The position numbers and the translations under genes are program-made. A model generated the notes under the pieces. The model did not search any database. It was not told the DNA's origin and saw only the letters and a list, made by a program, of their open reading frames with translations. 64,000 nt of DNA, taken from Octopus sinensis (lineage: Eukaryota). The stretch is from contig NC_043000.1 in NCBI RefSeq assembly GCF_006345805.1, forward strand, positions 65,658,001 to 65,722,000, written 5' to 3'. Shown one piece after another: positions 1-10,872 of this stretch (position 1 is its first letter; the number at the start of each line of letters is the position of its first letter).

Positions 1-67
1 GGTTACATGTTATCAGTAGCACTCGAAAGTGACCTGACATATATAGGATATACGTACATATATACAT

Positions 68-110
<43 letters not shown>

Positions 111-147
111 GTACGTTGGACTCCTTATTTGCATATGTATATATATC

Positions 148-491
148 GTGGCACACCGTCGGTTACGACAATGAGGGTTCCAATTGATACAATCAATGGA
201 ACAGCCTGCTGGTGAAATTAACGTGCGAGTAGGCGAGCACTCCACAGACACATGTACGCTTACCGTAGTTCTCGGGGAGATTAGCCAACAGAAACAGGAA
301 GAAAGCGTGAGAGAAAGTTGTAGTGAAAGTGTTGGCGAAAGAATACAGTAGGGATTGCCACCACCCCCTGCCGGAGCATCGTGGAGCTTTAGGTGTTTTC
401 GCTCAATAAACACTCACAAAGACCGGTCTGGGAATCGAAACCGCGATCCGAGGAGTCCGCTGCTCTAACCACTGTGCCATTGCGCCTCCAC
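148..491 (-). mobile_element. tRNA-derived SINE, family A
   Basis: Minus-strand head GGAGGCGCAATGGCACAGTGGTTAGAGCAGCGG...GGTTTCGATTCCC with Pol III A/B boxes; same head as 8412-8715; flanked by (TA)n. Confidence 0.85.
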
Positions 492-523
492 TATATATAT
501 ATATATATCACATCACATATGAT

Positions 524-850
524 GTGCCATACTAATACACACACCAACTAATACATACTAATACGTACTAATACATACTAGTACATACTAATACTTACAC
601 CAACCCTATACATACACACGTCCAGACCCCGCATACGCACTTATACTCTCTCTCACACACACACACATACCTATACATACCAATACGTACTAATACATAC
701 TAATACATACTAATACAAACACCAACCCCATACATACGCATGTCCAGACCAATCTTACGCACTAATACTCTCTCATACACACACACCCTTATACATACTA
801 ATACATACACCAACCCTATACATACACACATCCAGACCCCTCCCACGCAC
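524..850. repeat. ~120 bp degenerate minisatellite, about 3 units
   Basis: Recurrent CATACTAATACATACACCAACCCTATACATACACAC..TCCAGACCCC..CGCACT. Confidence 0.7.
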
Positions 851-929
851 TTTTAGCTGGTCCCTCAACCCGTTTATCAACCCTATTATCTCCCCTTATT
901 TCGCTCTCGCGTCTCATGTTTGATCTTTG

Positions 930-1159
930 ACCTCTGGCCGAAATCAGATCGCCATGTTGATTCGTTAGCTACTGCACGCATTTTTTTTCTCTCCTTCTTT
1001 CTGTGTTTTTCTCTCTCTGTGTATCTTTCTGTTGAAGAGCGTAGGCTCGAAACGTTAAAGACTTGTTTTATTTATATTTCCTGATCGCCATACTAATACA
1101 ATTGTTCGTTTGTTTTCCACCTGCCTTCGTCTTTTGTTTATTTTCATAAAGCTTCCCGT

Positions 1160-1160
<1 letters not shown>
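930..1160 (+). mobile_element. PLE-type 3'-terminal (pLTR-like) fragment carrying a minimal hammerhead
   Basis: Close homologue at 7517-7718; contains HHR motif at 1024-1061; ends at (TA)n. Confidence 0.65.
1024..1061 (+). ncRNA. Minimal type I hammerhead-like motif (CUGUUGA variant core)
   Basis: TCTTT-CTGTTGA-A-GAGC gtag GCTC-GAAACGTT-AAAGA: stem I 5 bp, stem II 4 bp, palindromic ACGU in place of stem III. Confidence 0.65.
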
Positions 1161-1191
<31 letters not shown>

Positions 1192-1293
1192 TAATAATAA
1201 TAATATGACAACAAAAGAATGAAAGAGATATCGATATTATGTAAATAGAAGAGTTTATCTATGATATAATATGTGACAATTAGTCGGTTGCCA

Positions 1294-1356
1294 TAATAAA
1301 ACTCAGAGTTTCGGATATCGAGGCGGAAGTCTGCTCCGGCATCTCGTCAGTTATTA
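1294..1356 (-). ncRNA. Type I hammerhead motif, left arm of cassette 1
   Basis: Minus strand TAATAA-CTGACGA-gat...atcc-GAAACTCTGAGTT-TTATTA; perfect 6 bp stem I, irregular base of stem II. Confidence 0.65.
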
Positions 1357-1819
1357 AGACAAATAAAAATGCTATGAAAATGACCGTTAAATAAAGGGAA
1401 ATTACTATGAAGATGACCGTTAAGACAAAAGAGCTATGAGAATGACCGTTAAATAAAGGAAAATTACCCGAAAAGGGAGAAAGTAAAAATCTTGATGAAG
1501 GTAAACTCACGCTCATAGAATCCGCGTATGCGCGCATGTACGTATATACACACGCGCGCACGCATACCCACGAGCATGAGCATATATGTATATGCTCACT
1601 CACACCCGCGGTGAGCATGTGTGCGTTTCACGTGAGTGTGAGTGAGCATATACATATATGCACAAGCACGTGGGTGCGCGTGCGCGCGTGTGTATGTATG
1701 TACATGCGCGCATACCAGTATTCAATGAGCGCGGGTTTATCTTCGAGCTTTTTACTTTCTCCCTAGTTGGGTAATTTCCCTATATTTAACCGTCATTTTC
1801 ATAGCATTTTTGTTTGTCT

Positions 1820-1865
1820 TAATACTGACGAGATACCCCGACATCCGAAACTCCGAGTTTTATTA
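1820..1865 (+). ncRNA. Type I hammerhead motif, right arm of cassette 1
   Basis: TAATA-CTGACGA-gataccccgacatcc-GAAACTCCGAGTT-TTATTA. Confidence 0.6.
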
Positions 1866-1894
1866 TGGCACCCGACTAATGTCATATTATATAT

Positions 1895-1936
<42 letters not shown>

Positions 1937-1939
1937 TTT

Positions 1940-2245
1940 GCGCGATAAGTAGCTTGCTTATCAACTACAAGGTTGTGGGTCCAGTCCAACTGCCTGGCAC
2001 CTTGGGGAAGTATATATATATATATATATGTTTGTGTGTCTGTGTTTGCCCCCCCCCCCACTATCGCTGGACAACCGATGATGGTGTGTTTACGTCCTCG
2101 TAACTTAGCAGTTCGGTAAAATACCCCGATAGAACATGTGCTAGGCTTACAAAGAATAAGTTTGGTGTCGATTTGTTCGACTAAAGGCGGTGGTCTAGCA
2201 TGGTCGCAATCAAATGACTGGGACAAATAAAGGAATAAAAGAAGA

Positions 2246-2246
<1 letters not shown>
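1940..2246 (+). mobile_element. tRNA-derived SINE, family B (internally deleted)
   Basis: AAGTAGCTTGCTTA..GGCACCTTGGG head and CGACTAAAGGCGGT..CAGCATGGCCGCAGTCAAATGACTGAAAC-type tail shared with many copies in the window. Confidence 0.8.
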
Positions 2247-2278
<32 letters not shown>

Positions 2279-2735
2279 ATTATATATATATTATTATATA
2301 TATATATTAATTATATATACGTACATATATTAATTATATTATATATATATTATTATATATATATATTAATTATATATACGTACATATATTAATTATATAT
2401 ATATATATATAATTATATATATACGTACATATATTATTATATATATATATATTAATTATATATATATATATTATTATATATATATATATTTATTTATTTA
2501 TTTATTTATTACATATATAAATGTATATTAATTACATATACATATTAATCATATATATATATATTATATGTATACATAAATACCAATTAAGGACTGAACA
2601 CGAAAAGTGGACAGTCAACATGCTAGATATAGACGTCAAATCGCCATTCACCACAAAAGATTATGTTCTCAGATCAAACTCAGCACAAAACCATAGCAAT
2701 AAACAAGTGAAAAATATACGAAATAAAATAATTAC

Positions 2736-2799
2736 CCATGTACTAATTAGTTTCGGCTGTTATTTTCCGCAAGGAAAACTGCAGCCATCATCAGCATGG
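2736..2799 (-). ncRNA. Type I hammerhead ribozyme, left arm of cassette 2
   Basis: Reverse complement of the 3247-3308 motif with intact core. Confidence 0.85.
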
Positions 2800-3246
2800 T
2801 CCGTTATAAATGCAATTTGCTGGACTAGATGCAAACACGATACCGAAATATCGCGTGCATGGAGTTCAGCCTATTACATTTGAATATATCTTTCAAATGC
2901 CTTTACTTTGGCGCGTTGAGGCCCGAGAAAACTAGCCTGCAGCTAATAATTAGCAGCAGTCAATTTATCGGTTACAGAACATATTTATTTATATAAAATT
3001 AATTAAGGGTAGAAATTGATTAATTTTATATAATTAATATAAATAAATAATATATAAATAAATATGTTCTGTAACCGATAAATTGACTGCTGCTAATTAT
3101 TAGCTGCAGGCTAGTTTTCTCGGGCCTCAACGCGCCAAAGTAAAGGCATTTGAAAGATATATTCAAATGTAATAGGCTGAACTCCATGCACGCGATATTT
3201 CGGTATCGTGTTTGCATCTAGTCCAGCAAATTGCATTTATAACGGA

Positions 3247-3308
3247 CCATGCTGATGATGGCTGCAGTTTTCCTGCGGAAATAACAGCCGAAACTAATTA
3301 GTACATGG
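3247..3308 (+). ncRNA. Type I hammerhead ribozyme, right arm of cassette 2
   Basis: CCATG-CTGATGA-T-GGCTG..TTTCC tgc GGAAA..CAGCC-GAAA-CTAATTAG-TA/CATGG; perfect stems I and II, palindromic ACUAAUUAGU, predicted cleavage after A3303. Confidence 0.9.
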
Positions 3309-3574
3309 GTAATTATTTTATTTCGTATATTTTTCACTTGTTTATTGCTATGGTTTTGTGCTGAGTTTGATCTGAGAACATAATCTTTTGTGGAAATGGC
3401 GATTTGACGTCTATATCTAGCATGTTGACTGTCCACTTTTCGTGTTCAGTCCTTAATTGGTATATATAAATATTTTAATCTTCGGATTCTTTTTTAATAT
3501 GCTAGACCACTGGTCTTAATTGATAAATATCAATTTCTACCCTTAATTAATTGTATACATAAATATATATTAAT

Positions 3575-3920
<346 letters not shown>

Positions 3921-4065
3921 TCATAAATGAGGGCAAAGGAAAAAAATTCTAATGTCAAATATGCGAAAATTGGACATATTGTCCATTAACCATATAATTT
4001 TTTCACAATACGCACGCTACTCGAAAAAAGGTCGACAGAAATTTCTAAAAAATTCCATTATTACC

Positions 4066-4119
4066 ATATCGGGCCGATTTCAGAGTTAGCTACTAAGAGT
4101 CCTCTCTTCGTCAGTGATA
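4066..4119 (-). ncRNA. Degenerate hammerhead motif
   Basis: Minus strand TATCA-CTGACGA-AGAG..CTCT-GAAATCGGCC-CGATA; stem III/cleavage triplet mutated relative to GAAACCGGTC. Confidence 0.5.
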
Positions 4120-4310
4120 CATGTGGCAGAAGAAATAAATGAGATACTTACTCATACCCATGGAAGAAGCAAATACTAAGTCATGGGCACAACTAAGTAC
4201 CCCAAATACATCCAAAATAGAAATACTCCAGCCCATTCGAGGCACGTGCGATTTGAACTGAGGCTCTCACAGAGTGAGTTAGTTAGTTCGGAAGTGAACG
4301 CTTAAATTTA

Positions 4311-4385
4311 TATCAAATGTGAGGATAAAATTCTTTTCGAAAATTTTTTTTTTTTCCGAAAAGAATTTTATCCTCACATTTGATA
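4311..4385. repeat. Perfect ~29 bp-arm hairpin at a (TA)n edge
   Basis: TATCAAATGTGAGGATAAAATTCTTTTCG..CGAAAAGAATTTTATCCTCACATTTGATA. Confidence 0.9.
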
Positions 4386-4513
4386 TATATATATATATAT
4401 ATATATATTACACAATCTATATATATTACAGAGAACAAACACAAAAATAACAACGCGGGGATGTGGTACATATAAAGTATTAGCAGACGCTCAAGGAAAG
4501 AAAAAAAATATGC

Positions 4514-4547
4514 TTTAACGTTTCGAGCAACACTCCTCTTGAGAAAC
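4514..4547 (-). ncRNA. Degenerate minimal hammerhead of the GAGC/GCTC family
   Basis: Minus strand TTT-CTCAAGA-G-GAGT gtt GCTC-GAAACGTT-AAA; G5 mutated. Confidence 0.4.
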
Positions 4548-4674
4548 AGAAAGAGAAAAGAAGTCGGAGGAAGAATATATATATATATCAATTACACACA
4601 CACACACATACACACAGACGCACATATATATTAATTACGCACATACACACACATATATTATTTACATATATCCT

Positions 4675-4872
4675 TTTATTCAGTTACTCGTTTCAGTCAT
4701 TTGGCTGCGGCCGTGCTGGAGCACCGCCTTTAGTCGAACAAATAGACCCCAAGAGTTATTCTTTGTAAGCCTAGTACTTATTCTATGGGTTTTTTGCCGG
4801 ACCGCTAAGTTACGTAAATATACCAACATCGGTTGTCAACCGATGATAGGGGGACAAACACAGTCACACAAA
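4675..4872 (-). mobile_element. SINE family B, 3' part
   Basis: TTTCAGTCATTTG..GCGGCC..GCTGGAGCACCGCCTTTAGTCG reverse-complements the family B tail. Confidence 0.8.
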
Positions 4873-5125
4873 TACATATGTACATACATGCATATATATA
4901 TATATATATATATAATTATTGAAGTAGATAAATGAATTATCTTATTACGGATAATTCAAATGATAACCGATACCTGGGTAGCAAAAATCACAACAGAAAA
5001 AACACGATTAAAGTTACGACCATGGGGCATAAAAACCGTGCCTTAGTGCGGAAATTTGAAGTTTTATATATTAAGTGTAGGAAGAAATGGAGCTGAACGA
5101 AGATTTAACAAAATTCCTTTATATT

Positions 5126-5211
5126 ATTTTCTACATATGTTTCATAGGCTGCAAAGTCCCTAATTCGGATTGAATAAGGAGTCCATTTTGCAGCTTTCTC
5201 TTCAGGAAAAT
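5126..5211 (-). ncRNA. Type I hammerhead ribozyme, left arm of cassette 3
   Basis: Reverse complement of 6096-6181 with core intact and base of stem II altered. Confidence 0.75.
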
Positions 5212-5806
5212 CCAGGAACTTAATTCTCCAACAAAATGCACAACAAGCTTTTCGACAAACGCTCACGAGGGGCCCATGAAATAAATGACACAAACTGTCT
5301 ATCTATATGCGTTGACGCCAGACTGGGTGAAAGCAGAAGAGATTGTCCGTTGAGATAGTTCAAGGTCAGAATCCGGTTGGCAGAAGGGGGGTACAGGAAA
5401 ATCAAAGAGTGTGAATGTATTCTGTATAACTGGTGTTTATATCTTGAATTATTTTAAGAATGAGTGTTAGAGTGTTTGAGTGTGAGAAAATGCTTTAATG
5501 TATGTGTGTGTGCGTCTATGTATGTGTGACAGTGTGTTTCGAAGGCAGAAAGAGAGAGAGAGATATAGCAGGTATTAATGGTCAAGAAACTGAAAAAACT
5601 GTGTCTGTGTGTTCGTATGTGACCCCTTGATAGAGAGAGGGGGTGTCCACAATGGCCATGGCAGGATACAGTGTTGCTGTCAGGGATGGCAGCAGTTTGA
5701 CAACTATTAGTTCTTATACTAACAGGGAAGGGATAACCCCTTTCAAATTTTATTCAAATTTTTTTCCCTTTTTTTTAGGAAATCCAGGGGTTATCTATAT
5801 TAGACT

Positions 5807-6036
5807 TCATTGGTATGAGAGAAAGGTATGCCGTTTCCAGTGGGGGCATCTGAAAGAATTTTGCACAATCGAGTTAACAAGCTGCCCTCGGGCGAACAAA
5901 ATATGAAAAAGTTCTGAGTTACAAAGAGTACAGATTTTTTTGCCCTTATCAAACGGTAAAGACACCGATAAAATTGACCATTCCAGTCTAAAAGTTGAAT
6001 TCGCGTTCTTCAAACGCTAGACTAATTTGCTTAGCT
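5807..6036 (-). pseudogene. C-terminus of a PLE GIY-YIG endonuclease
   Basis: LKNANSTFRLEWSILS..KKICTLCNSE..LVNS..RCPHWK matches the LK..W.I..CxLC..E..LN..CxH tail of PLE endonucleases. Confidence 0.7.
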
Positions 6037-6095
6037 CCTCGTGAGCGTTTGTCGAAAAGCTTGTTGTGAATTTTGTTGTAGAATTAAGTTCCTGG

Positions 6096-6181
6096 ATTTT
6101 CCTGAAGAGAAAGCTGCAAAATGGACTCCTTATTCAATCCGAATTAGGAACTTTACAGCCTTCGAAACATATGTAGAAAAT
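6096..6181 (+). ncRNA. Type I hammerhead ribozyme, right arm of cassette 3
   Basis: ATTTTC-CTGAAGA-GAAAGCTGCAAA..TTTACAGCCTTC-GAAA-CATATG-TA/GAAAAT; 6 bp stem I, long stem II, palindromic ACAUAUGU, predicted cleavage after A6175. Confidence 0.88.
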
Positions 6182-6230
6182 AATATAAAGGAATTTTGTT
6201 AAATCTTCGTTCAGCTCCATTTCTTCCTAC

Positions 6231-6269
<39 letters not shown>

Positions 6270-6800
6270 ATCATATTATATTAATACAACGGGTTTCTTA
6301 CATTTTCTGTTTACCAAATCCACTCACAGGCTTTGGTCGGCCCGAGGATATAGTAGAAGACACTTGCCTAAGGTGCTATGTACATGTGTGTGTGTGCGTG
6401 CGCGCGTATGTGTATGTGCATATGGTAACATGTTTATATACGTATGCGCATGCCTGAGCATGTGCATATATATGTGTGTGTGTGTGTTTGTGTTTGTGTC
6501 TATGTGCATGTATATGCGGGAAAGCATGTATGTATATATGTGAGTACGTGTTATGTATGTAGCTATGGTGAGATGTGAGTGGATGTATGTATGTATGCTG
6601 GAACGTACATGTACATAGTTGTATGTGCGTGCATGTATGCATCTATATGCGTATGTATTCATATTCATACATATATATGCATGCATATATATACATGTGT
6701 GCGAGGGTGTGTATATATATATGTATATGTGTGTATGTGTATGTGTGTATGTATACATGTGTATGTATATATGTATATGTATATATATGTATATATAATA

Positions 6801-6868
<68 letters not shown>

Positions 6869-7419
6869 ATGTATATATATATGTGTTATTATGTTTGCGC
6901 GTGTGTGCATACGTATCTATATAAGTACATGTGTGTATGTCTGAGTGTATAGGTACGCATGTGCGCATTTGAACTGGCGTAGGTGTGTGCCTATATATAT
7001 ATATGGGTTTGTGTGTGCATAGATGTATGTGTGCATATATGTATATATGTATGTATATGTACATATCTGTATGTATATGTATGTGTATATATCTGTGGAC
7101 ATTTGTTATTTTCACATGTAAATTCAGACATAACACTTTAAGAAACCGTTAAACAAATACACTTCCCTAGAAACGCTATAGTGTAAACATAATAATTCAA
7201 AATTCCACTAACTAATCGACATCAACTGACACACGTGGATCTGTATGGTGATGAGTTAAAAAGTGTAAGCGTGTATATATGCGTGTATATGTATGTATAT
7301 ATAGATGTAGATGTCAATTTGCATGCGTAGTAATTGTATTCGCGCATATGCGTGCATGTAGATAAGTGTGTATATACATATGTGTGATGATATGTGCGGG
7401 TGGATGTATATATGTGTGT

Positions 7420-7515
<96 letters not shown>

Positions 7516-7516
7516 G

Positions 7517-7718
7517 AGAACGCCATGTTGAATCGTTAGCCCCTACACGTAATTTTTTTCTCTCCTTATTTCTTTTCTGTGTATCTTTCTGTCGAAGAGC
7601 GTAGGCTCGAAACGTAAAAGACTTGTTTTATTTCTATTCCTGAGCGCCATACTAATACATTATTTGTTTGTACTCCACCTGACTTCGTCTTTTGTTTATT
7701 TTCGTAAACCTTCCGTTA
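7517..7718 (+). mobile_element. Second copy of the HHR-bearing PLE-type terminal fragment, inside (TA)n
   Basis: High similarity to 950-1160. Confidence 0.7.
7584..7621 (+). ncRNA. Minimal type I hammerhead-like motif (CUGUCGA variant core)
   Basis: TCTTT-CTGTCGA-A-GAGC gtag GCTC-GAAACGTA-AAAGA. Confidence 0.65.
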
Positions 7719-7731
7719 TATATATATATAT

Positions 7732-7827
7732 ATATTACTGACAGTGGGACAGGAAATAAATGCATTATGGGAACAGGATGAATTGTTCCCATAATGCATT
7801 TATTTCCTGTCCCTCTGTCAGTAATAT
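7732..7827. repeat. ~44 bp-arm hairpin between (TA)n tracts
   Basis: ATATTACTGACAG..ATGGGAACA ggatgaat TGTTCCCAT..CTGTCAGTAATAT. Confidence 0.9.
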
Positions 7828-7967
7828 GCTAATAACGTATATATATATATATATATATATGAGAAAAAATGAGGTAATCAGATCGGATGGTTCATATTTA
7901 TAGATATTATTTATATATACATTTTTTACATATAATATCTATCATATCATTCAGATCATATCATTCG

Positions 7968-8012
7968 GATTATTAGCGCTTTCTCCAATCCAGTGGGGTT
8001 TTCAAATCAATC
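7968..8012 (-). ncRNA. Hammerhead-like motif with U3-A8 core, left arm of cassette 4
   Basis: Minus strand GATTGAT-TTGAAAA-CCCCactggattGGA-GAAAGCGCTA-ATAATC; stem II weak. Confidence 0.45.
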
Positions 8013-8154
8013 AATTCCTTTGTGGGGAATTTGAACATTTTATAGAGTTTCGTAGTAGTGGGGAGGAATAAGACAGTATTATACTGTCTTACTGTCTTAT
8101 TTCTCCCCACTACTACGAACTCTATAAAATGTTCAAATTCCCCACAAAGGAATT

Positions 8155-8201
8155 GATTTGATTTGAAAACCCCACTGCATTGGGAGAAAGCGCTAATAAT
8201 C
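8155..8201 (+). ncRNA. Hammerhead-like motif with U3-A8 core, right arm of cassette 4
   Basis: GATTTGAT-TTGAAAA-CCCC actgcatt GGGA-GAAA-GCGC-TA/ATAATC; palindromic AGCGCU. Confidence 0.55.
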
Positions 8202-8411
8202 CGAATGATATGATCTGAATGATATGATAGATATATATATGTAAAAAATGTAATATATAAATAAATATCTATAAATATGAACCATCCGATCTGATTACCT
8301 CATTTTTTCTAATATATAATACCTGTACATCATCTCCAAACCTTCCAATATATATATATATAATATATTATATATATATATATATAATATATATATTATA
8401 TATATATATAT

Positions 8412-8715
8412 CACCGTGACCGACCGGATATCGGATGTTGCTATACATCGCTGGTCACAATGCGCTTCGCATTGTTTTAGCCTTCAAATGACGCCACCCC
8501 GCTGGCTAAGCGAGCAGGCCAACACAAGAAGAGTGAGAGAAAGTTGTGGCGAAAGATACAGTAGGGATCGACACAACCCCCGCCCCCTGCCGGAGCTTCG
8601 TGGAGCATTAGGTGTTTTTGCTCAATTAACACTCACAACGCCCGGTTTGGGAATCGAAACCGGGATCCTATAACCGCGAATCCGCTGCCCTAACCACTGG
8701 GCCATTGCGCCTCCA
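8412..8715 (-). mobile_element. tRNA-derived SINE, family A head with a different tail
   Basis: GGAGGCGCAATGGCCCAGTGGTTAGGGCAGCGG..GGTTTCGATTCCC; 3' part unrelated to that of 148-290. Confidence 0.85.
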
Positions 8716-8748
8716 TATATATGTATATAACATATATATGTATATATA

Positions 8749-8812
<64 letters not shown>

Positions 8813-8896
8813 AAAGACGGTGCTCTCCAGCATGGCCGCAGTCAAAGGACTGAAACAAGTAAAATAATAAAAGAATAAAAGAAGATATATATATAT

Positions 8897-8941
<45 letters not shown>

Positions 8942-9040
8942 CATATTATATATATATAATATAATTATTTATATATATACATACATAATGTACATATATA
9001 TTATATGTATGCATATATATATATGTATGTATATATATAT

Positions 9041-9126
<86 letters not shown>

Positions 9127-9813
9127 ATATAACGCATGTGTGTACACATGTATAAAACCAGTCATTTCGATGTGAAACTATTAATTCAGACAGATATTTT
9201 TTTTCTTTCTCCATTTTCTTTCCTAATTCCTTTCTATCGGAAAGCATACGCTCGCAACGTCTGAGACTTTTCCATATTCCGTGAGTGTCAAACTAATACA
9301 CATTGTTTGTTGTTCCTTCACCTGTCTCTGTCTTCTACTTTTTTGCTTTTTGTACATTTGGTACTTTCACATGTTAACAGAATTCAGGTCTCTTTCGATT
9401 GTATTTGTACAGTTATTCGATAGCATATTGTTTGTGAATTCTAGTTTGAAATAGGATACTAATTTAAGAATAGAATATAACAAAGTGCAATCTATCACAT
9501 CAACCAAAGCAAAATTTGCATAAATGTATAATAGAAAAGATACATATATGGTCGTGTTTAGCAATGTCCACTGCATACAATGTACTGCAGAAAATGCATT
9601 AATATTAATCATGAGGATTTTGTCTGATTCCTGAGCTAATTAAGAACACCAAATATGTTAAACTTTTTGTAATGATTTTTTTCTTGCAGTATCATGATAT
9701 AATCTGGTGGTGACTTGTTTCAAATCTAAAAATACACACTAAAGATATAGAAACTAAATCAAGCTGGAGCCGTATAATATAAAGTTTGCATGTTAATTCA
9801 TATTCCTGAATAG

Positions 9814-9874
9814 TTATTTCAGCACAGTAACATACTCGTGGCAACAACTACCATACGTCACTGCCAACAAATGT
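9814..9874 (-). CDS. Candidate terminal coding exon of an unknown host gene ((R)HLLAVTYGSCCHEYVTVLK*)
   Basis: Acceptor-like TTTCTGTGTATATATATAG; open in the phase set by the 48 nt exon candidate; followed by non-repetitive AT-rich UTR-like DNA. No homology recognised. Confidence 0.35.
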
Positions 9875-10103
9875 CTATATATATACACAGAAATAGCTAC
9901 ATAGCTACAAAATATCAGTTAGAAAATCCTTACTAAAAAGAGCTTCGGATTTCCATTCCGAAAAGATGTTTTACAAAGAGAAAGTAAAAAAATTAAAGTC
10001 TATAACAGTCTTTCGAGCAATTTAGTGAACGAACGTTATACCTAATCATAAACTAACCGAAGGAGATATTACATAGGCACTCGGATTATAAAAAAGAACC
10101 TAC

Positions 10104-10151
10104 CTGTAATCTACTGAACATGGTTCAGAAGAAAGCAAGTCTATGTCTGAC
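10104..10151 (-). CDS. Candidate 48 nt internal exon (SDIDLLSSEPCSVDY)
   Basis: Good acceptor TGTTTTTCGCTCCAG and donor AG/GTAGGT; only one open frame (phase 2-2). Confidence 0.4.
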
Positions 10152-10589
10152 CTGGAGCGAAAAACAACACCGACCACACCCAGAAAATAAAACAGAGGTC
10201 TACAAATGTTATTAGACATAAGAAATTATTGTTTGAAACAGAGAACATAAAGCATTAGTAATAAGAAATGAAATTGCGTTGAAATAGACGGAAACTTGAG
10301 CGCGCTGATTTTCAATGAAACACACAAACACACACACATATATATACACATACATATATGCACACATACACACACACACACACATAGATGCTGTTGGAAA
10401 TAAAGATACCTTCCGTACACAACTTATGTCAAAATCTAAGATAGCTATGCAAGATATTCAAGGTATTTCATAACACACAGGCGCGCGCACACACACACAG
10501 ACACACATATCTATATATATATACATATGTATATATGTGTATGTGTGTGCGCGTGTGTGTGTGCTTATGTATATACATACATGACATAC

Positions 10590-10645
<56 letters not shown>

Positions 10646-10835
10646 GTACCTCTAATCTACTTCATCAAGTTAAACTAAATGTTTAATTACAGCCCAGTAA
10701 CGGAGAAGAAATATTGGCATTAATTATAGTTCTTCTCGAGAGAAACAAGGGAGTGAACCCTGAAGTCTAAAGTGATTTAAAGTTAAATGCGTGTATGTGG
10801 AAAGAAGTCTAATCATTGGTAGTTACAGTGACTCC

Positions 10836-10872
10836 GCTGCACATGTTTCGATCATATTAGACCTCCTCAGCG
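10836..10872 (-). ncRNA. Decayed hammerhead motif
   Basis: Minus strand CTGAGGA-GGTC taatat GATC-GAAACATGT-G; G at cleavage position and no stem I. Confidence 0.4.

Larger units (their letters stand above)
1264..1892. repeat. Foldback cassette 1 (diverged inverted arms ~1264-1605 and ~1636-1892)
   Basis: TAGTCGGTTGCCATAATAAAACTC... is mirrored by ...GAGTTTTATTATGGCACCCGACTA; right arm ends at (TA)n. Confidence 0.85.
2580..3556. repeat. Foldback cassette 2 (near-perfect ~410 bp inverted arms 2580-2992 and 3051-3463) between (TA)n tracts
   Basis: Arms are reverse complements with few differences; ORF track gives the same peptide on both strands; extra short inverted match 2995-3020 vs 3528-3552. 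Confidence 0.95.
5073..6234 (-). mobile_element. Foldback cassette 3: 5'-truncated Penelope-like element with inverted copy of its 3' end (arms 5073-5270 and 6037-6234)
   Basis: ~200 bp inverted arms each with an HHR; spacer holds a GIY-YIG C-terminal coding remnant; (TA)n at right end. Confidence 0.85.
7861..8312. repeat. Foldback cassette 4 (~220 bp arms, almost no spacer, centre ~8085)
   Basis: AGAAAAAATGAGGTAATCAGATCGGATGG.. mirrored by ..CCATCCGATCTGATTACCTCATTTTTTCT; (TA)n on both sides. Confidence 0.95.

Noticed and set aside
148-491. tRNA genes at SINE heads
   Set aside because: A/B boxes continue into SINE bodies with no complete cloverleaf or terminator.
2521-3436. Same peptide encoded on both strands
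   Set aside because: A consequence of the palindrome; no domain features.
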